A stretch of 64,000 nt of DNA from the human T2T-CHM13v2.0 reference genome, Homo sapiens. The stretch is from NCBI RefSeq assembly GCF_009914755.1, contig NC_060928.1; one strand, written 5' to 3'. The translations under genes were made by a program, and so were the position numbers. Positions 28,747-42,389 of this stretch are shown in pieces. The notes beneath the pieces were generated by a model. It did not search any database, was not told where the DNA came from, and saw only the letters and a program-made list of their open reading frames with translations. Every line of letters starts with the position of its first letter. Position 1 is the first letter of the stretch.

Positions 28747-29750
28747 ATGAGGAAAAACCAACACAAAAGGGCTGAATATTCCAAAAACCAGAATGCCTCT
28801 TCTCCTCCAAATGGTTGCAACTCCTCTCCAGCACAGGCACAAAACAGGACAGAGAATGAATTTGACAAATTGACAGAAGTAGGGTTCAGAAGGTCGGCAA
28901 TAACAAACTTCTCTGAGCTAAAGAAGCATGTTTTAACCCAATGCAAGGAAGCTAAGAACCTTGATAAATAGTTACAGGAACTGATAACTAGAATAACCAA
29001 TATAGAGAGGAACATAAATGACCTGATGCAGCTGAAAAACACAGCACGAGAACTTCATGAAGCATACACAGGTATCAAACTATATCATAGAGTGAAGATC
29101 AACTTAATGAAATAAGGCATGAAGACAAAATTAGAGAGAAAATAATGAAAAGGAACAAACAAAGCCTCCAAGAAATATGGGACAATGTGAAAAAAACAAA
29201 CCTTCCATTGGTTGGTATACCTGAAAATGATGGGGAGAATGGAACCAAGTTGGAAAACACACTTCAGTATATTATCCAGGAGAACTTCCCCAACCTAGCA
29301 AGACAGGCCAACATTCAAATACAGGAAGTCCAGAAAACACCACTAAGATACTCCTTGAGAAGAACAATCCCAAGACAAATAATCATCAGATTCTCCAAGG
29401 TTGAAACGAAGGAAAAAATGTTAAGGGCAGCCAGAGAGAAAGATCAGGTAACCTACAAAGGGAAGCTCATCAAACTAACAGTGGATCTCTCTACAGAAAC
29501 CCTACAAGCCAGAAGAGAGTGGGGGGCCAATATGCAACATTCTTAAAGAAAGGAAATTTCAACACAGAATTTCATATCCAGCCAAACAAAGCTTCATAAG
29601 TGAAGGAAAAATGAAATCCTTTACAGACAAGCAAATGCTGAGGGATTTTTGTCACCAACAGGCCAGCCTTACAAGAGCTCCTGAAGGAAGCACTAAATAT
29701 GGAAAAGAAAAACCAGTACCAGCTACTCCAAAAACACACCAAATTGCAAA
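28747..29750 (+). pseudogene. L1 ORF1p remnant (stops and frameshifts)
   Basis: MRKNQHKRAEYSKNQNASSPP...; QSLQEIWDNVK...IIQENFPNLARQANIQIQE. Confidence 0.9.
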
Positions 29751-29812
29751 GACCAATGGCACTATGAAGAAATTGCATTAACCAATGTGCAAAATAACCA
29801 GCTAGTATCATG

Positions 29813-32800
29813 ATGACAGGATCAAATTCACACACAACAATATTAACCTTAAATATAAATGGGCTAAATACCCCAATTAAAAGACACAGACTAGCAAATT
29901 GGATAAAGAGTCAAGACCCATTGGTTTGCTGTATTCAGGAGACCCATCTCACATGCAAAGACACACATAGACTCAAAATAAAAGGATGGAGGAATATTTA
30001 CCAAGCAAATGGAAAGCAAAAATAGGCAGGGGTTACAATCCTAGTCTCTGATAAAACAGACTTTTAACCAACAAGATCAAAAACGACAAAGAAGGTCATT
30101 ACATATTGGTATAAGGGATCAATGCAACAGGAGATGCTAACTATCCTAAATATGTATGGACCCAATACAGGAGAACCCAGATTCATAAATCAAGTTCTTA
30201 GAGACCTACAAAGAGACTTAGACTCCCACACAATAATAGTGGGAGACTTTAACACCCCACTGTCAATATTAGACATATCAACGAGACAGAAAATTAATAA
30301 GGATATTCAGGACTTGAACTCAGCTCTGGACAAAGCAGACTTAATAGACATCTACAGAACTCTCCACCCCAAATCAACAGAATATACACTCTTCTCAGCA
30401 CTACATAGCACTCATTCTAAAATTGTCCTCATAATTAGAAGTAAAACTCATCAGTAAATACAAAAGAACAGAATTCATAACAAACAGTCTCTCAGACCAT
30501 AGTGCAATCACATTAGAACTCAGGATTAAGAAACTCACTCAAAACCGCACAACTATATGAAAACTGAACAATGGTGCTCCTGAATTACTACTAAGTAAAT
30601 AACAAAATTAAAACAGAAATAAATAAGTTCTTTGAAACCAAGGAGAACAAACAGACAACATCCCAGAATCTCTGGGACACAGCTAAAACAGTGTTAAGAG
30701 GTAAATTTATAGCACTAAATACCACACTAAACGCCCTGCTTTGTGTATGCTTCATGAAGTTCTCGTGCTGTGTTTTTCAGCTGCATCAGGTCATTTACAT
30801 TCTTCTCTATATTGGTTATTCTAGTGGGAAAGATCTAAAATCTACACCCGAACATTACAATTAAAAGAACTAGAGAAGCAAAAGCAAATAAATTCAAAAG
30901 CTAGCAGAACACAAAAAAGAAGATCAGAGAAAAACTGAAGGAGATAGAGAAACAAAAAAACCCTTCAAAAATCAATGAATCCAGGAGCTGGTTTTTTGAA
31001 AAAATTAACAAAATAGATAGACTGCTAGGTAAACTAAAAAAGAAGAAAACAGAGAAGAATCAAATAGATGCAATAAAATATGATAAAGGGGATATCACTA
31101 CTGATCCCACAGAAATATAAACTACCATCAGAGAATACTATAAACACCTCTATGCAAATAAACTAGAAAACCTAGAAGAAATCGATAAACTCTTGGACAC
31201 ATACATCAACTAAATCAAATCAAGACTAAACCAGGAAGAAGTCGAATCCCTGAATAGACCAATAATGAGTTCTGAAATTGAGGCTGTAATTAATAGCCTA
31301 CCAACCAAAAAAAGCCCAGGACCAGATGGATTCACAGGTGAGTTCTACCAGAGATGCAAAGAGGAGCTGGTACCATTCTTTCTGAAATTATTCCAAACAA
31401 TAGAAAAAGAAGGACACTTCCCTAACTTATTTTATGAGGCCAGTATCATCCTGTTTCCAAAACCTGGCAGAGACACAATGAAAAAATAAAATTTCAGGCC
31501 AATATTCCTGATGAACATCGATGTAAAAATCCTCAGTAAAATACTGGCAAACTGAATCCAGCAGCACATCAAAAAGCTTATCCACCATGACCAAGTTGGC
31601 TTCATCTCTGGGATGCAAGGCTGGTTCAACTTTCACAAATCAATAAATGTAATCCATCACATAAACAGAGCTAATGACAAAAACCACATGATCATCTCAA
31701 GAGATGCAGATAAAATCTTTGATAAAATTCAACACCCTTTCATGCTAAAAACTCTCAATAAACTAGGTATTGATGGAACGTATCTCAAAATAATAAGAGC
31801 TATTTATGACAAACCCATAGCCAATATCATACTGAATGGGTAAAAGCTGGAAGTATTCCCTTTGAAAACAGGCACAAGACAAGGATGCCCTCTTTCACCA
31901 CTCCTATTCCACATAGTATTGGAAGTTCTGGCCAGGGCAATCAGACAAGAGAAAGAAATAAAGCATATTCAGATGGGAAGAGAGGAAGTCAAATTGTCTC
32001 TGTTTGCAGATGACATTATTGTATATTTAGAAAACCCCACCATCTCAGCCTAAAAACTCCTTAAGTTGATAAGCAATGTCAGCCAAGTATCAGGAGACAA
32101 AATCAGTGTGCAAAAATCACAAACATTCCTTTACACCAATAATAGACAAGCAGAGAACCAAATCACGAGTGAACTCACATTCATAATTGCTACAAAGAGA
32201 ATAAAATACCTAGGAATACAACTTACAAGGGATGTGTAGTTCTTCAAGGGGAACTATAAACCACTGCTCAATGAAATAAGAGAGGGTACAAACAAAAGGA
32301 AAAACATTCCATCCTCATGGATAAGAAGAATCAATATCATTAAAATGGCCATACTGCCCACAGTAAAGTAATTTATAAATTCAATGGTATTCCCATCAAA
32401 CTACCATTGACATTCTCCTCAAAATTAGAAAAAACTACTTTAAATTTTATATGGAACCAAAAACAGCCCATATAGCCAAGACAATCCTAAGCAAAAAGAA
32501 CAAAGCTGGAGACATCACGCTACCTAACTTAAAACTATACTACAAGGCTACAGTAAACAAAACAGCATGGTCCTGGCGCCAAAACAGATATACAGACCAA
32601 TGGAACAGAACAGATGACTCAGAAATAACACCACACATCTACAACCATCTGCTCTTCGACAAACCTAACAAAAACAAGCAATGAGGGAAGTATTCCCTAT
32701 TTAATAAAAGGTGCTGGGAATATTGACTAGCCATTTGCAGAAAACTGAAACTAGACCCCTTCCTTATACCTTACACAAAAATTAACTCAAGGTGTATTAA

Positions 32801-33639
32801 AGACTTAAACGTAATACCCAAAACCATAAAATCCCAAGAAGAAACCTAGGCAATACCATTCAGGACATAGGCATTGGCAGAGACTTCATAATTAAAACAC
32901 CAAAAGCAATTGCAACAAAAGCCAAAATTGACAAATGGGATCTAATTAAACTAAAGAGCTTCTGCACAGCAAAACAAAACAAAACAAAACAAAAAACCTA
33001 TCATTAGAATGACCAGGCAAACTAGAGAATGGGAGAAAAATTTTGCAATCTATTCATCTGACAAAGGGCTAATATCCAGAATCTACAAGGAACTTAAACA
33101 AATTTACAAGAAAAAAACAAACAACTCTATCTAAAAGTGGGCAAAGGATATGAACAGACACTTCTCAAAAGAAGGCATTTATGTGTCCAATAAACATATG
33201 AAAAAAAGCTCATCATCACTGGTCAATAGAGAAATGCAAATCAATGCCACAATGAGATACCATCTCATGCCAGTTGAACGGTGATCATTAAAAGTCAGGA
33301 AACAACAGATGCTGGAGAGGATGTGGAGAAATAGGAATGCTTTTACACTGTTGTTAAAAGTGTTAATTAGTTAAACCATTGTGGAAGACAGTGTGGCAAT
33401 TACTCAAGGATCTAGAACTAGAAATACCATTTGACCCAGCAATCCCATTACTGGGTATATACCCAAAGGATTATAAATCATTCTACTATAAAGACACACG
33501 CACATGTTTGTTTATTGCAGCACTATTTACAATAGCAAAGACTTGGAACCAACCCAAATGTCCATCAATGATAGACTGGATAAGGAAAATGTGGCACATA
33601 TACACCATGGAATACCACAAAAGCCATAAAAAAGAATGA
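29813..33639 (+). pseudogene. L1 ORF2p remnant (APE endonuclease, RT, C-terminal domain), multiply disrupted
   Basis: [66 protein letters not shown]. Confidence 0.9.
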
Positions 33640-35129
33640 GTTCTTGTCCTTTGCAGGGACATGGATGAAGCTGGAAACCATCATTCTCAGTAAACTAACA
33701 CAGGAACAGAAAACCAAACACCACATGTTCTCACTCATAGCAGGAGTTGAACAGTGAGAACACATGGACACAGGGAAGGAAACATCACACACCAGGGCCT
33801 GTTGGGGGTTAAGGGACAAGGGGAGGGGGAGCATTAGTACAAACACCTAATGCATGCAGGGCTTGAAACCTAGATGACGGGTTGATAGGTACAGTAAACC
33901 ACCATGGCACATGTATACCTATGTAAGAAACCTGCACATTCTGCACATGTATCCCAGAACTTAAAGTTATAAAATAAAATAAAGAAATAGCTAGAAAATT
34001 ATCTTCATTCCTATTCATGTAATCTGTCCACCTGGTATTTTATAGTTTGAGGTGAGCTTTGGGAAGATATACTAAATTCTATTCTTCTGTTTCATTTGGA
34101 ATTCCCACCAAACACCCCCTTTGTTCAAGGACATGGATTCACTAAAAAGAAAAGTTCTGAAGAATAACAGAACTTGCCAGATCCCATCAGGGATGTGAAT
34201 AGTCCCAGTGACGGTTTTGAATTTGGGCAGAGCACTTCCATCTTCCATCCTTCCTATCTGAGCCTTTTGACAAGTGAGTACATTTCTCTGTCTCTCTCTT
34301 TTTATTTAACAACATCAAAAGTGTTAATACGCAAATGAACTAAAAATTACTTGTAAAGTGTGTACAAAATGCTGTAGGTTATCTGCATCAAAATTCCACA
34401 TTTAAATCAAACTCTTATGACTTAGATCACTTTTGGCCTTTTTAAGAAAATAAAAAAATTTAAAAAGTGGTCACCAAAAGTGGTCTAATTTTTTACATCT
34501 CCACTGAACTAGTTAATAAGCAATATTCTGGTACCTTAAGTGTGCATATGTTGAATACAATGTTTATCCATTTATTTTATTTGAAATTTCATGCTCTGTT
34601 ATATGTCCCTGAAGGATTCTAAAAAGAAATTAAAAGAGTGTGCACAGTCAAAATGATGGTATACTGAGCAGGCACTAGGGCCTGCTTATGAGCATGTAAC
34701 TATCTATTTACGTACATTGATTTGTCTATTAATATGTTTGAAGTCAATTAAAAATGTATTTTTATTACATGTCTAATTTATGCTTCCTTTGGAAAGTAAA
34801 ATTATGATAGGGGTATCTTAGAGAATTTTAGTACCTAAAAGGGAATTCCATATATGTTCTTGAATCTGTAAAATAATGAAGTCAATTTGAATTTGGATCT
34901 GAAATTGATCTGGTAATGTCTATGTAAATTCTAAACAAATGTAGAAGGTATCCATTGGTGCTGAAGGCTTAACTGGGCTTCTAGATATTTGTGCATCATA
35001 TTTGTATTCCATATCCAGTACTAGGTTATATATTTTCTGGTCTTGCTAAACCACAGACTATGGCTCTCCATAAGAGGCTCTCCACAATTGATGTTTATTC
35101 ATGATGTCTTTGGGAGAAAACATATATCA

Positions 35130-35335
35130 ATGTGGTTAAGTATGTTAGCTCTAAGTAAGATAGCCCTGAATAAAAATAGCTTCTCTTGTACTTACTACCC
35201 AGGTAAACTTAGATAATGAGATCATCATAATAATCATTACAATAGGACCATTGTGAGTATTGAATGAAATAGTTCTTAGCATCTGGACTATGGAAATCCT
35301 CAAGAAATACCAGCTTCTCTTATTACCATTATTGT
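35130..35335 (+). mobile_element. MIR relic
   Basis: ATGTGGTTAAGTATG...CATTGTGAGTATTGAATGAAAT. Confidence 0.45.
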
Positions 35336-35504
35336 TGTTGTTATGAATCTGTCAGTTCCCACAGATGCAAAAGAGAAAATATTTATTCCATAAGACTAAA
35401 ATCTATTAAAAGAGCTGCTGTGCACAAGTTGGTGAGTGATTAATAAATTGACCATATTGTATAGTAAGAAAAAAATGAAGAAATGAGAAAAAATGGCATG
35501 ACAG

Positions 35505-35939
35505 TGATAGAGACAAGGCCCCCACCATCTACCCCTTCAACAGAACCCCACTGCCTTCAAGTCTAAAACATTCTGAAGGCAGAAAAACCAGACTACCCAT
35601 CCCAGATGAAGCCCACCCTTTCTCGACTGATTCTTTCTGAATAATGCCCACCCGTGCATTGGGAGGAGTGGGTGGAGCCTCTGAAAGTTCATGTTGTTTG
35701 CAGGGGGAGGAGCCTGGCCTCTCCTGTTCTTGGATGGTGATCTGGGATTCCAGGTTGGTGAGGTGCAGAGCCTGTTAGTAGGACCTCATCTCACTTTGCT
35801 GTGTTGTTTTTTCCTTTTGACTTTTTGCTCAATAAATTCCATTCCCCTTCACTCTTCGAAGTGTCTGTGAGCCTAATCTTTCCTCGATGTGTGACAAGAA
35901 CCTGGGTTTTAGCTGAACTAAGAAGAAAGTCCTACAACA
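35505..35939 (+). mobile_element. ERV1 solo LTR (MER61-like)
   Basis: TGATAG...CAACA ends; AATAAA at 35831; GTGACAAGAACC...TAGCTGAACTAAG end; near-TSD ACAG/GCAG. Confidence 0.65.
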
Positions 35940-36875
35940 GCAGCAAATATCTCCACTCTTGCTCATGCACATAAGTATCATAAGCATCATTTTGTGGTTA
36001 CCTATATGTTAAGAGAAAAGATGAAGAAAAACTTAAGTGTTAGAAATGCACTTCTAAACTACTAACAGAATGATTTATTTTTCTATAAAATTAATTTTTA
36101 ATTTATTAAAAAATCAAATGTTCATAAAAATTATGAAATTTTACAAAATTTGTTAAAAAGAATTTTCTGTAAGCATGCGTAATGATAAATGTTACCACAT
36201 TGCTACTTTTTGGAGTCAGTAAATAATCGTGTTTATCTCTCCTCTCACTCCAAATGGATTTCACATAAATTATTTGAAAGCATTCATGCATCATAATTAT
36301 AGAGATTTCCAAAAAGAAATACTTCCTTCCCAAATTTTATCTTATTGCTTTGAAAATTTTATTCTGATAATATTTATCTAAATACATATTTTTAATAACA
36401 TTATTCCTTTACCTTTTTGGAAACTTAGTGGAAATATGAAATAGCTGGCAATTAATCTGCAAAGTAATCATCTTTAATATTCTAGAAAACAGTAATACAT
36501 GTCATTCTTTGAAAGAAAAAAAGGATTATCCCTATATTCACTTCAAACTACAGAGGTACCAGTGGAATACTGGTTCTCCACAATTCTCCACAAAATTGGA
36601 GAATATTGTGAAATTAGAATGGCAATGAGGGAAACACATTAAGAAATGAATATATTTTATTAAATAAGATGAATCTGAGCAGAATTATAAATGTAAACAG
36701 CAAAAGCATATTTAAAACATGTATTTCTCTAAAGTACTCTGCTCATCTTTCCTTCCCCTTACCTTTTGAAAAGAAAATACTTAAATTTAACAAGGAGATA
36801 AAAATTGCATTTCTTCTAATAGTAGTTGTGAAATGAATAAAACAAAACCAAAAACTAAAAACAGAAACCACCAGG

Positions 36876-36906
36876 CACTTGATCTTAGCCAAAAGGCTGA
36901 GAAGCT
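36876..36906 (-). pseudogene. U2 snRNA 5' fragment pseudogene
   Basis: Minus strand GCTTCTCAGCCTTTTGGCTAAGATCAAGTG versus U2 ATCGCTTCTCGGCCTTTTGGCTAAGATCAAGTG; one mismatch, at a CpG. Confidence 0.9.
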
Positions 36907-36920
36907 ACCAGTGAAGTGAC

Positions 36921-37227
36921 TTTTTTTTTTGTTTTTTTTTTTTTTGAGACGGAGTTTCACTCTTGTTGCCCAGGCTGGAGTGCAATAGCGTGATCTTGGC
37001 TCACTGAAACCTCCGCCTCCCGGGTTCAAACGATTCTTCTGCCTCAGCCTCCTGAGTAGCTGGGATTGCAGGCATGTGCCACCACGCCTGGCTAATTTTG
37101 TATTTTCAGTAGAGACGGGGTTTCTCCATGTTGGTCAGGTTGGTCTTGAACTCCTAACCTCAGGTAATCCACCCGCTTTGGCCTCCCAAAGTGCTGGGAT
37201 TACAGGTGTGCGCCACCGTGCCCAGCC
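36921..37227 (-). mobile_element. AluSp
   Basis: Diagnostic GTTTCTCCATGTTGGTCAGG and CTCTTGTTGCCCAGG. Confidence 0.9.
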
Positions 37228-37259
37228 ATGACGTCTTAACGTTTTATCGCCCAGGCTGT

Positions 37260-38300
37260 CTCTCCATTTATTTACAGAGCTTAATATTTATACAGTTATG
37301 CTTTTTGATCCATTTAGATTTATCTCTACCATCATATATTGTGATTTTTATTTTTTCTCTTTTATATTTTTGATTGTTTCTGATCTTTTTCTAAATTTAT
37401 TTCCATGCTCATTTTATTTTTCTAATAATTTGTATGTTAAACACTTTAAAAAGTGTCTTTTGATGGTGTCTCATCCTAGTCCCAAAGAACATGAAGTATA
37501 AAGATCTTAGAATATTTGGTTCTAGTCATCCCTTTCCTAGAGTGCATGCTGCTCCCCCTTCTGCCCCCCATTTTTAAATTTTTATCTTAAAAATTTAATC
37601 CCATATATTAGATGATATCATTACTGTTTAAACCATAATTTTTGAGAAGAGTTTTACCAATACCTTCTTTCTCTTTGACCTCCATTCCTTTCTCATCTTT
37701 TCTTTCCCTCTGAGATCTTTTGTGCATTGTAATTTGGGTTTGTGAGCTTATTCTTGAAACTCTATCAGAGTTTTCAGAGGACTGACTTGGAATTTTTTCT
37801 CCAGACTGGACTTGTATTTGCTTCTGCCAGTATTCAGATTTAAAGCAAACAGAATTCCAGCTTAAATTAAAATACTCAGTTTTTACACTAAAAGTCATAA
37901 AAACAACATGAACTTAGTTTCCAAAGTTGTGTGAGCTTGTTGTGGGGTCATATTCTCAAAAGAAACACATTTCCTTTCTACTCAGAGGCAATGCCAAGAC
38001 AGACAGGTTTTCTTGAAAGTTGCCTCTCTGTATTGTAGTTTGTCTGACTCTTTTTATAAGCGGGAAATATTTTGAAGATACCCTGGTTATGTGAGGCTTC
38101 CAATCTTATTCTTACCCCATTACAAGCAAGGTATTGTGTCATATCTTCTTGCATGTTTGTGATCATTAAAAAAAAAAAAGCCCCCTATCCTACCTGAGCC
38201 AATAAGTCCCCCTAGTGCTTATCAGTCTCCCCAAATTACCATTTTTAAGCACAGAACATTTTCATGTGAGCCAATCTATGTATTTAAGGGTGTTTTAGAA
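37260..38300 (-). mobile_element. Ancient L1M relic fragments
   Basis: T-rich antisense L1-like composition; weak motif matches. Confidence 0.35.
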
Positions 38301-38306
38301 CTGTTT

Positions 38307-38485
38307 AGGGAGAAAGGAGCGAGAGGGGCAAGGGTTGAAAAACTAATTACTGAGTGCTATGCTTACTACCTGAGTGATGGGATCAATCAGATCTCAAAAC
38401 TCAGCATCACATAATATACCCATGTAACAAACCTACACATGTACCCCCGAATCTAAAATAAAAGTCGAAATTCTTTTTTAAAAAA
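38307..38485 (+). mobile_element. 5'-truncated L1PA16-like 3' end
   Basis: GGGGCAAGGGTTGAAAAACTA...CATGTAACAAACCTACACATGTACCCCCGAATCTAAAATAAAAG. Confidence 0.85.
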
Positions 38486-41308
38486 CTACTTCATGCAGCA
38501 TTAAAAAATTAGTGTAGAAGGGCTCAAGATAAGCAGTCCATAACACTTTTGAGAATGGAATTCAGTGTACTTGATTTCAATATAACTGTTTTATAGCTTC
38601 ATGGAGAAAAACTTTAACAGAACTAATTCACAACAGAATTCACAGTACTAATTTTGTAGTAAGACCCCTGGGAAAGGGCAATTTCTGCAGTTGGCAGCTA
38701 GGTACAGCTCTTGGAAATCTGCCAATATTCAGATGTTCAAGAGAGATCAGTAACACAGAGGTTAGACATTTATTTCTGATAAATAAAATAAAATCCAATA
38801 ACCAGATGAAATACTACCTAATAAAGTATTGTTAATATTTTAATTAAAACATTTATTTTGCTACTTTTATTCATTTATTTTTGTATCCCTTAGAGTATGC
38901 AATCTGTAGCAGAATGATATATGTACAATTTGGTACAGGACTTAAAAGTATTCTTAGTGGTTTCTATAGGATTGAATCATAGTAAAATACCTGCACCTAT
39001 AGATTTTGTAAAAATATATGTGTTTTGTAAAAACACATATAGATTTTGTCATTATTTTAATGTTTTTATTGTAACAATTAATTCCTCACTGGTCTTTTTA
39101 TATGTTCTACCACATCTTTTTTCTTTTGTTATAAGTGTGTCTCAGAGTACACATACTCTCTCTTTTATTTGTATTGTTGCCTTTGTGTCTTTGTACCTTT
39201 CTTCCTGTCTCCCTCTACTCTGCTCCCTCCCTCCCTCCCTCCTTCCTTTCTGCCTGCCTGCCTTCATTTCCTTCTTTTTTTTTCTGTATTTATATGGATC
39301 ATGTTTATTTGTAGGGCATAGCTGCCTTTGAAAATGTATTGAATTGAGGAACTCATGACTCAGAAAGCTCCACAAATGACTAGCCACTAAGTTTGCACAC
39401 ACTTATAGGAGAATAACAAACCTACTGAATGATTGCTTCCAGTCCCTGAGTAAGAACCTATGGAATCGAAGTCAGGTTCTTTTGGTTTTCAGATACGAAG
39501 CTCCTCTATTCATTTTTCTTCCCCATGCCCTTTATATTTAAGCCAAACATAGTGATTCTATTGGGTTCCCTTGAATTTCAGGGAAATGAACATGCATCAT
39601 AAATGAGTAGTCACATAAAAATAAAACAGTAAATAAAAGCATAAGGACACATTTACTTGATTGGTGACATGTGGATCCTGGATTTCTGTGGGGTGTTCAG
39701 ATCTCAGTGGTTTCTACCAACTGCATGAAAGAGACACAATGACACAATCAGCTTGGGGTGGGGAGGGTGCAAAAGCAACACAAAGCAAAAACGTTCCCTT
39801 GAAGATTCTAGATAAACTATAACTCAAAAGAAATCCCCATATATATAGTGTCAACTATTATTGGTAATAATATAAAAACAATAGAAACTTCAAGGAGATT
39901 TTCTAACAGTGATTTTTCCAAATATTCTGCTTTAATCTTTCTGTCTCCTTTCACATTAGTGTCCTTCAGCTGTCTCATATGCAACACAGCAAAAGCCAGT
40001 CACTATTGTCAAGCTCAGCAAATGCTTTTTGTATGCAGAAAATAATTTAGAATTATTCTTCAGTGTTGGCTGCCAATCATTTCATTATATAGTTTGGGCC
40101 TATGTTCTTATCTAATTTACTCATTTCATAAAGCACAGCAACTGGGTAAAGGATTTTGTTTGATGCCTCAAATGAGAAAGTCTGCTTGCCTGAATAAACC
40201 TTTCTATGCCCTTGATGTTATATTCCTAATACAACATAGCAACCAACACAAAAATCTTACTTATTTAGACTTTATGTGGCCACTCAACCAAGTTATCATT
40301 TAGTATTCAGTGTCAAAATGTACTATTATTGCCATCTAGTTTTTCAAATTAAATATATATATTTGCATTTTTTGTAGAGTTTGCTTCATTCTTAAGCTAT
40401 TCCTTATATTTAAATCTCAGGGATGTTCATAAAGTTGAACATAAAAAAGTTTGTTGAAGGTCATTATAGAATTAGTATTTAATTTGGTTGCTGCAAACAA
40501 GAAACTTTACAAAGTAACCATTTGAAGGATTTTCTTTGAAAGTATGTAAATAAATAATATGATTTTTATTCTATGTAGTATTTTATATCATTGACTTTTT
40601 TTCAACCTACATAGAGTATGAAATCTAATATTTAACTTTTTAGAATTGACATATTATAGTAATTATGCCCACAGTGTTCCCTGCCTCTGGCAGGCTAAAG
40701 ATCAAAATGAAATACTATTCATTTATTCAAAATGTACGTAACAGCTATAGTTGAGTCTTTATAATTTTTCAAGTACACTATATTAAGAAGACAATTATTC
40801 TTTACCACTTAAAATTCATACTTTCTATTTCATTATCAAGATTTCACCAATACTGCCATTTAAAAAATTTTGGTTTCAAAATTTGGATTCTAATGTATCT
40901 CTGCTTCTGGCTTATATTTTGCCTATGCACTAAAATAGCATATCTTAGTGTCTTTCATCACTGTTACTGAACTTAGGTACAATGATGAAGAATCCAAGAA
41001 TAGGTAGATGTGATCAGTATTTGTGTATCACACTTATTCAAGTTCACAGATATCCCTAACATACTAGGAAGGACAGCAGTCCTCTCTGCTTTGGACATGA
41101 AGGTCTGTCCAATTGTATTAATCATTTTGCTAATTGGCTAGGTACAATTAAGTAGTGTTCATTGATCCCTTGGAAAGTAGTAATTAGGCTTACTGGCTTA
41201 AAGTAAGAAGAAAAGGTTCAAATTTATTTACAGAAAGTTTAATTTTTCTCTAATTTGTAATCTTATGCTTTATGCCTATTTGTAGGAGGATTCAAATTCA
41301 GGTCAAAG

Positions 41309-42389
41309 TGTTGTGGGAAGTCAGGGACCCCGAACGGAGGGACTGGCTGAAGCCATGGCAGAGGAACATAAATTGTGAAGATTTCATGGACATTTATCAG
41401 TTCCCAAATAATACTTTTATAACTTCTTATGCCTGTCTTTACTTTAATCTCTTAATCCTGTTATCTTCATAAGTGGAGGATGTACGTCACCACAGGACCA
41501 CTGTGATAATTGTGTTAACTGTACAAATTGATTATAAAACGTGTGTTTGAACAATATGAAACCAGTGCACTTGAAAAAGAACAGAATAACAGTGATTTTT
41601 AGGGAACAGGGGAAGACAACCATAAGGTCTGACTGCCTGCAGGGTCGGGCAAAAAGAGCCATATTTTTCTTCTTTCAGAGAGCCTATAAATGGATGTGCA
41701 AGTAGGGAAGATATCGCTAAATTCTTTTCCTAGCAAGGAATATTAATATTAATACCCTGGGGAAGGAATGCATTCCTGGGGGGAGGTCTACAAATGGCCA
41801 CTCTGGGAATGTCTGTCTTATGTAGTTGAGATAAGGACTGAGATATGCCCTGGTCTCCTGCAGTACCCTCAGGTTTACTAGGGTTGGGAAACTCTGCCCT
41901 GGTAAATGTGTGGTCAGACTGGTTCTCTGCTCTCAAACCCTGTTTTCTGTTGTTTAAGATGTTTATCAAGACAATACATGCACCACTGAACATAAACCCT
42001 TATCAGTAGTTCTGCTTTTGCCCTTTGCCTTGTGATCTTTGTTGGACGCTTATCAGTAGTTCTGCTTTTGCCCTTTGTCCTGTGCCCTCAGAAGCATGTG
42101 ATCTTTTTAGACCCTTATTAGTAGTTCTGCTTTTTGCCCTTTGAAGCATGTGATCTTTGTACCTACTCTCTGTTTTTACACCCCCTCCCCTTTTGAAACC
42201 CTTAATAAAAACTTGCTGGTCTGAGACTCAGGCAGGCATCCCAGTCCTACTGATATGTGATGTCACCCCCAGTGGCCCAGCTGTAAAATTCCTGTCTTTG
42301 TACTGTCTCTCTTTATTTCGCAGCTGGCTGACACTTATGGAAAACAGAAAGAACCTACGTTGAAATATTGGGGGCAGGTTCCCCCAATA
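41309..42389 (+). mobile_element. MER11 solo LTR (HERV-K HML-8)
   Basis: TGTTGTGGGAAGTCAGGGACCCCGAACGGAGGGAC start; internal CTTAT(C/T)AGTAGTTCTGCTTTT repeats; perfect 6-bp TSD TCAAAG. Confidence 0.92.

Larger units (their letters stand above)
27432..33985 (+). mobile_element. Full-length LINE-1, L1PA7-like, inactive
   Basis: 5' UTR GGCAAGGTGGCAAAATAGAAACAGCTCCGGTCTGC; ORF1 and ORF2 remnants; 3' UTR AAACCTAGATGACGGGTTGATAGGT; A-tail; TSD core TAGAAAATT (27423-27431 and 33992-34000). Confidence 0.95.

Noticed and set aside
33804-33830. G-quadruplex motif
   Set aside because: Real, but the standard G-rich tract of L1PA 3' UTRs.
27432-33985. Potentially active L1
   Set aside because: ORF1 and ORF2 are broken by many stops and frameshifts; the 5' UTR is CpG-depleted.
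41995-42160. CRISPR-like repeat-spacer pattern
   Set aside because: Internal tandem repeats of MER11; spacers are related to each other; eukaryotic DNA with no cas genes.
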